Assembly: GCA_024650005.2 (NCBI GenBank) | Contig: CP122380.1 | Location: 928,001-992,000 of the forward strand | DNA from: Candidatus Bathyarchaeum tardum | GTDB lineage: Archaea; Thermoproteota; Bathyarchaeia; Bathyarchaeales; Bathyarchaeaceae | Reading direction: 5' to 3' | DNA: 64,000 nt | In this document: piece by piece, positions 59,842 to 64,000 of the stretch | Layout: every line of letters begins with the position of its first letter | Position numbering within the stretch: position 1 is the stretch's first letter | Program-made: the position numbers and the translations under genes | Notes under the pieces: generated by a model | What the model saw: only the letters and a program-made list of their open reading frames with translations | Told to the model about the DNA's origin: nothing | Database searches by the model: none

Positions 59842-61037
59842 AGGAACTCCTCCAGTTTTTCTTTCACTTTTGTTTCCTGTTTCGCAACCAAGGGACTAAT
59901 CAAATCAACTGCAAGGCGTGCAATTTTTTCACTTTCTTCCCGTTTGTAGTTTTCTGAAAAGATTTCAAAAAAATACTCATAAGCTTTGGTTGTCAGGTCT
60001 TTCATATCATTTCCGAAAATGGACTTGATTATATGCTCTGAAAGTTCAGTTTCCCTTAGACGAACTATCGGATGAACAAGAAGGGCTTTTTCTCCAGTTT
60101 TTCTTACTTTTGCTAGGTCAATTTCTCCACGAGTAGTTTCTGCAGGCAACACACCCTTGATAACTGGAACAACAATGGCGCCTTGCTCGTCGTTGTCTTT
60201 AACTAATTGTATAAGTGCTTCAGTAATTTTTGCTGGGGTCAAACCTGTGTAGGTTTGCTCTAAAATTACAAACTTGCGGGGAGTTTCCAAAGATATTCTT
60301 TCAATTTTTGGTTTACCCGTTTTATTTACGTGGACATGGTAGAAGCCTTTCTTTGTTTTTGCTTCGTCATAACTTGCTGTTTCTGTTCCGCCACTGTAAG
60401 CAATAATGCCTTTCTTGAACCTAGAATTATACGGCTTGTGAATGTGCCCCCCCGCATAATAATCAAAACCTTCAGGAAGATTTTCGGGGCTGGCTTCTGC
60501 CTCCATTTTTGGGGGTTTAACCGCTGGAATGTCTAATCCCATATGAAAAACAAGAATATTAAACAACGAGGGGTCAGGGGCGGGTTTGTATTTTTCTAAA
60601 AATTTTGGTAACTCTTCTTGGGTTCTTCGGGGGGTTCGAAAGTTTGGAATGCCATAAACGTAACAGTTCTCATTTTTCCAGCATGCCCCCTCATGGCGGG
60701 GCAAATACCAAACTAGACCTGCGCTGTCCAACGGATTAAGAATCGTGCCCGTAACTGCATTAGGAGCAGAATCATGGGAACCATCAACTGCCAAAACTGG
60801 AATTCCTGCATCTTTTAAGCGCCGAAAATTAGCAATCGCAACCTCAAGGGTAGAATTAGTTGGGCGTGCTTGCTCAAAAATGTCCCCTGCAATTATCATG
60901 AAATCTGGGTTTAACTGGATTGTTTTGTCCACTACCTCGGCAAAAGCATTGTTAAAGTCGTTACGGCGAACATCCAAATTATACTGAGCATAACCCAGAT
61001 GCAAATCTGCAGCGTGAACAAAACTAAAAGGCTTCAT
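59838..61037 (-). CDS. mre11: Mre11 nuclease
   Basis: ADLHLG, AGDIF, GSHD, GGHIH; start set to ATG 61037. Confidence 0.93.
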   Translation of the reverse strand: MKPFSFVHAADLHLGYAQYNLDVRRNDFNNAFAEVVDKTIQLNPDFMIIAGDIFEQARPTNSTLEVAIANFRRLKDAGIPVLAVDGSHDSAPNAVTGTILNPLDSAGLVWYLPRHEGACWKNENCYVYGIPNFRTPRRTQEELPKFLEKYKPAPDPSLFNILVFHMGLDIPAVKPPKMEAEASPENLPEGFDYYAGGHIHKPYNSRFKKGIIAYSGGTETASYDEAKTKKGFYHVHVNKTGKPKIERISLETPRKFVILEQTYTGLTPAKITEALIQLVKDNDEQGAIVVPVIKGVLPAETTRGEIDLAKVRKTGEKALLVHPIVRLRETELSEHIIKSIFGNDMKDLTTKAYEYFFEIFSENYKREESEKIARLAVDLISPLVAKQETKVKEKLEEFL

Positions 61038-61332
61038 TCCTTCTTTTTTCTCCTGTTTTTTCCCCTTTAACTTGTAAACAGTAAATTGTGCTAGTGACAT
61101 TTAACTATACTTAAATGAACAAAAATGCGAATGAAAGAAGAAAAGCTTTCAGTAGCTAAATTTCAAGCATCAATACGAAGGTCTTTTTTTTAAAAAATAG
61201 GACTAAAATCAAATATCCAAAAAATTATTTTTTTCTTCACTGCACACATTTTGCTCTGATGGTTGCCTTTTGGATTTTTGTTCATCTAAATATATTAATT
61301 GAGGTACAATATTGAAAATAACTTTTTTCAGA

Positions 61333-62025
61333 TTATTTTTGTGCGACAACCATGGCGTGGGCTTTGTCGAAGGGCTCTAGACCGACTACTTGTTTGATGT
61401 TGAATCCTCGTGATTCTAAAATTGCGGTTTCTTTTCGGATAACTTCTGCAGGGTCTTTGGTTACATCTATGCTCTGAGCCTTAATCGCCAACATAACCCA
61501 GCCTCCTTCTGCCAAAAACATGTCAGCGTTATCTGCTAAAAGTTTAGCCTGTTCCGGTTGAGCTACATCACAGTAAATGGTGCTTACTTGCTCTACCATT
61601 CGAGAATAGGACTCAGGTAACCGTGCATCTGCAAGAATTGGAGACATGTTATACCGAAAAGCTACAACATTATTCACCAATTCACGCAAAGATCTAGACG
61701 CAAATTCTACACAGTAAACGTGGCCGTTTTCTCCAACTATGTCGGATATGTGGCTAGGTGTAGTCCCTGAAGCTGCACCCAAATACAAAACTTTCTGGTC
61801 AAGACAAACAGGAACCGTTTTCAAGCCCTTCAGTATGGCTGCCGCCAACTTACTTCGGAAAGGTTCCCATAGACGATACTCTGTTCCCTCAAACTTGATT
61901 AGACGCTCTCCGTAAACTGAGTTTCCAATAGCAAAGTTTTTGGTTCCTAACTTGCGGGAACCATCTTCCAAGGTAACCCAGAAAATTTCCTCAAAAGCCG
62001 GATGGGGTTTAACGTTTAGGTCCAC
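61333..62025 (-). CDS. flpA: Fibrillarin-like rRNA/tRNA 2'-O-methyltransferase
   Basis: VYGE, RSKLAAAI, VLYLGAASGTTPSH, DVAQPEQ; start set to GTG 62025. Confidence 0.96.
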   Translation of the reverse strand: MDLNVKPHPAFEEIFWVTLEDGSRKLGTKNFAIGNSVYGERLIKFEGTEYRLWEPFRSKLAAAILKGLKTVPVCLDQKVLYLGAASGTTPSHISDIVGENGHVYCVEFASRSLRELVNNVVAFRYNMSPILADARLPESYSRMVEQVSTIYCDVAQPEQAKLLADNADMFLAEGGWVMLAIKAQSIDVTKDPAEVIRKETAILESRGFNIKQVVGLEPFDKAHAMVVAQK

Positions 62026-63256
62026 GTTTATTTCTCCGGTTCTGCCTGCGGTTCTTTTGTTTTCCTTTAAACTCACGTTTTGTTGGTGCCGGAGTCGGCG
62101 GAGGATTCGGGTAACGTTCAGTGATTTCTTGTACTCTTTTTTCTAGGTCAGCTTTGAGATCGTCAGCAGCATATTCTCCTTTGAAAGCATCAACTCGGGC
62201 AGCAATGGTTATTTTTCCCGCCAAGGCGCGGGCAATTTTTCCCCGTTGCCAACGTTTGCCATCATGAATAAGGGGATGTTGAAAAATAATTCCATGCTTA
62301 GGGGGAAGTGCTTTAGTTTTCAATGACCTAAACAAGGCTTTTTCTGCACCCAAAATCTGCATAGTGCTTGCAGGCAGCTTCGCCAAGTTCATTAAACCTC
62401 CAGCAAGGGCAATCAAACGGCCACCCAGCAATGAGCCTGCTACTGCTTTGGTGTTTGGAGCCACTTCGTCCATTACTGCTTCGACGTAGTTTTCTAAATT
62501 CTGGCGCAAACTATACAATTCCAGTACATGACTGCACATGTATTGAATCTGAGCAAGGTCATCTTCGATTATATCTGCCCCCATAGAAGCTGCTGCTACT
62601 TCGGCTATCATTTTGGATTTGTTTTGTGGCAGTCCTTCTTGTTCTAGTTTTTCTATTGTGAAGTTTTCTTTTCTGCCTAACTTAACTACAAGACGGGAAT
62701 AGGTTTCATGTTTTTCGAGCAATCTATCCAATTCAGGAAAATGCAGACCGTACCATTCACGTATTCTGCCCATGAACAAATTCAAAGATTTATCCAAGTC
62801 GTCAACAGACAAAACAGCCTGAGCTACCAGCATGTCTCTTTTTTCTACGACCTTTTTGACTTTGATTTTTGCAAGTTCCATAGAAACTTTGTGAAGATGC
62901 GCTCGAAGCTGTTCAGGTTTTTCAACAAATCCTGAATCTAAAGCGATTGTTACTAAATTTTCACGAAACAGGCTGCCCGCCTCTGAGGACGGCTCTACAG
63001 AAACTTCAATGTTTAATTTTTCATTGGCAGAAATTGCCATCTTTTGGTTTTCAAAAACAAATTGAGTGTAACCTTTCTTTTTCAGATTGTCAATTAACCC
63101 CGAAATTTCATCAATAAGTATTCCGTCTTCAATTTTTTTGAGCCGTTCTGCAGTTTCTACTGCATCCTTGGGAAAAAACATTTTTTCAACAAGTATGTTG
63201 TCTTCGCCAAAACCAAAGGCGCCCATCACAGATTCTACTATTGTAGCTTTCACCAT
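62009..63256 (-). CDS. nop5: Box C/D sRNP protein Nop5 (Nop56/58)
   Basis: REWYGLHFPEL, PASTMQILGAEKALFR, PKHGIIFQ, GKIARALA. Confidence 0.96.
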   Translation of the reverse strand: MVKATIVESVMGAFGFGEDNILVEKMFFPKDAVETAERLKKIEDGILIDEISGLIDNLKKKGYTQFVFENQKMAISANEKLNIEVSVEPSSEAGSLFRENLVTIALDSGFVEKPEQLRAHLHKVSMELAKIKVKKVVEKRDMLVAQAVLSVDDLDKSLNLFMGRIREWYGLHFPELDRLLEKHETYSRLVVKLGRKENFTIEKLEQEGLPQNKSKMIAEVAAASMGADIIEDDLAQIQYMCSHVLELYSLRQNLENYVEAVMDEVAPNTKAVAGSLLGGRLIALAGGLMNLAKLPASTMQILGAEKALFRSLKTKALPPKHGIIFQHPLIHDGKRWQRGKIARALAGKITIAARVDAFKGEYAADDLKADLEKRVQEITERYPNPPPTPAPTKREFKGKQKNRRQNRRNKRGPKR

Positions 63257-63338
63257 TTTCCCATCCGATAATGCACTATATTATATGCTTAACATTTATC
63301 TTTGCAGTGGATAACCTTTACTACAAGAGGAACAACAA

Positions 63339-64000
63339 ATGGCTAATCCGCTTATTACACAAATTGCTGGTCTGAACCTTTCTAATCCTACAATGCTTGC
63401 TGCAGGTGTCTTGGGATACACTGGATTATCAATGAAACGTGTAATAGAATCCGGAGCTGGAGCTGTTGTAACTAAATCCATGGGGCTTGAAGCGCGCACC
63501 GGTTATGGCAACCCAACAGTAGTCCAAACTGATTGTGGTTTACTGAACTCGATGGGTTTGCCCAACCCGGGAATCAGACATTTCAAAGAAGAAATACAAG
63601 AACTAAACAAACTAGCTGCACCAACTATCTTTAGCATCTATGCTTTTTCCCCTGAAGACTTTGCAGAAGTAGCCCAAATAGCAGTAGACCTTGGAGCAGC
63701 AGCCGTGGAATTGAATGTTTCTTGTCCTCACGTGAAAAAAGCTGGAGCCCAAGTTGGTTCTGATCCTTCATTGTTGATGGACATAGTTAAACACGTAAAA
63801 AAGCAGGTGAACAAACCTGTTATAGTAAAGCTGACCCCCAACGTCACAGACATTACTGAAATCGCTAAAGCCTCAGAAAAAGCTGGAGCAGATGCAGTAT
63901 GTGCCATTAATACTGTTAAAGCCATGGCGATTGACTCCGAAACCTGCAGGCCAATTCTAGCCAACAAATACGGTGGTTTATCTGGACCTGCAATCAAATC
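63339..64000 (+). CDS. pyrD: Dihydroorotate dehydrogenase (family 1), partial at window edge
   Basis: Manual translation: NPTMLAAG, VTKS, LNSMGLPNPG, ELNVSCPH, VKLTPN, INTV, YGGLSG. Confidence 0.93.
   Translation, partial: MANPLITQIAGLNLSNPTMLAAGVLGYTGLSMKRVIESGAGAVVTKSMGLEARTGYGNPTVVQTDCGLLNSMGLPNPGIRHFKEEIQELNKLAAPTIFSIYAFSPEDFAEVAQIAVDLGAAAVELNVSCPHVKKAGAQVGSDPSLLMDIVKHVKKQVNKPVIVKLTPNVTDITEIAKASEKAGADAVCAINTVKAMAIDSETCRPILANKYGGLSGPAIK

Noticed and set aside
57754-61037. mre11-rad50 without adjacent herA/nurA as a novelty
   Set aside because: Operon splitting is common and the partners may lie elsewhere in the genome.
61100-61332. Box C/D sRNA near fibrillarin/nop5
   Set aside because: No convincing RTGATGA...CTGA box pair with terminal stem.

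Overview
Archaeal DNA, most likely Bathyarchaeia (inferred from eukaryote-like topoisomerase IB, eL22, Nop5/fibrillarin, H4MPT biosynthesis genes, frequent TTG/GTG starts and anchored PQQ-type beta-propellers). Positions 1-17112 are the right part of a decaying integrated element. It ends at a tyrosine integrase and a 16-bp copy of a tRNA-Gly-like 3' end (att site). It carries a PLD-family gene and a terminase nuclease domain that meet head-to-head at an apparent deletion junction, an ABC-ATPase/GNAT fusion, a frameshifted RelE, a caspase-like pseudogene and two surface beta-propeller genes. The most unusual signal: these two strongly diverged genes sit between nearly identical non-coding flanks, a 200-bp upstream block and a ~165-bp downstream element folding into a long conserved hairpin, as if they were exchangeable cassettes. 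17.4-24 kb is further accessory DNA (atypical P1B ATPase, small protein + YydG-like radical SAM, HEPN-like protein). From 24 kb on it is mostly core or metabolic genes (tsr3, nnr, topo IB, nac, fprA, katG, lig, purA, eL22, methanopterin cluster, rad50/mre11, fibrillarin/nop5, pyrD). All calls are from motif recognition by eye; no database searches were run.
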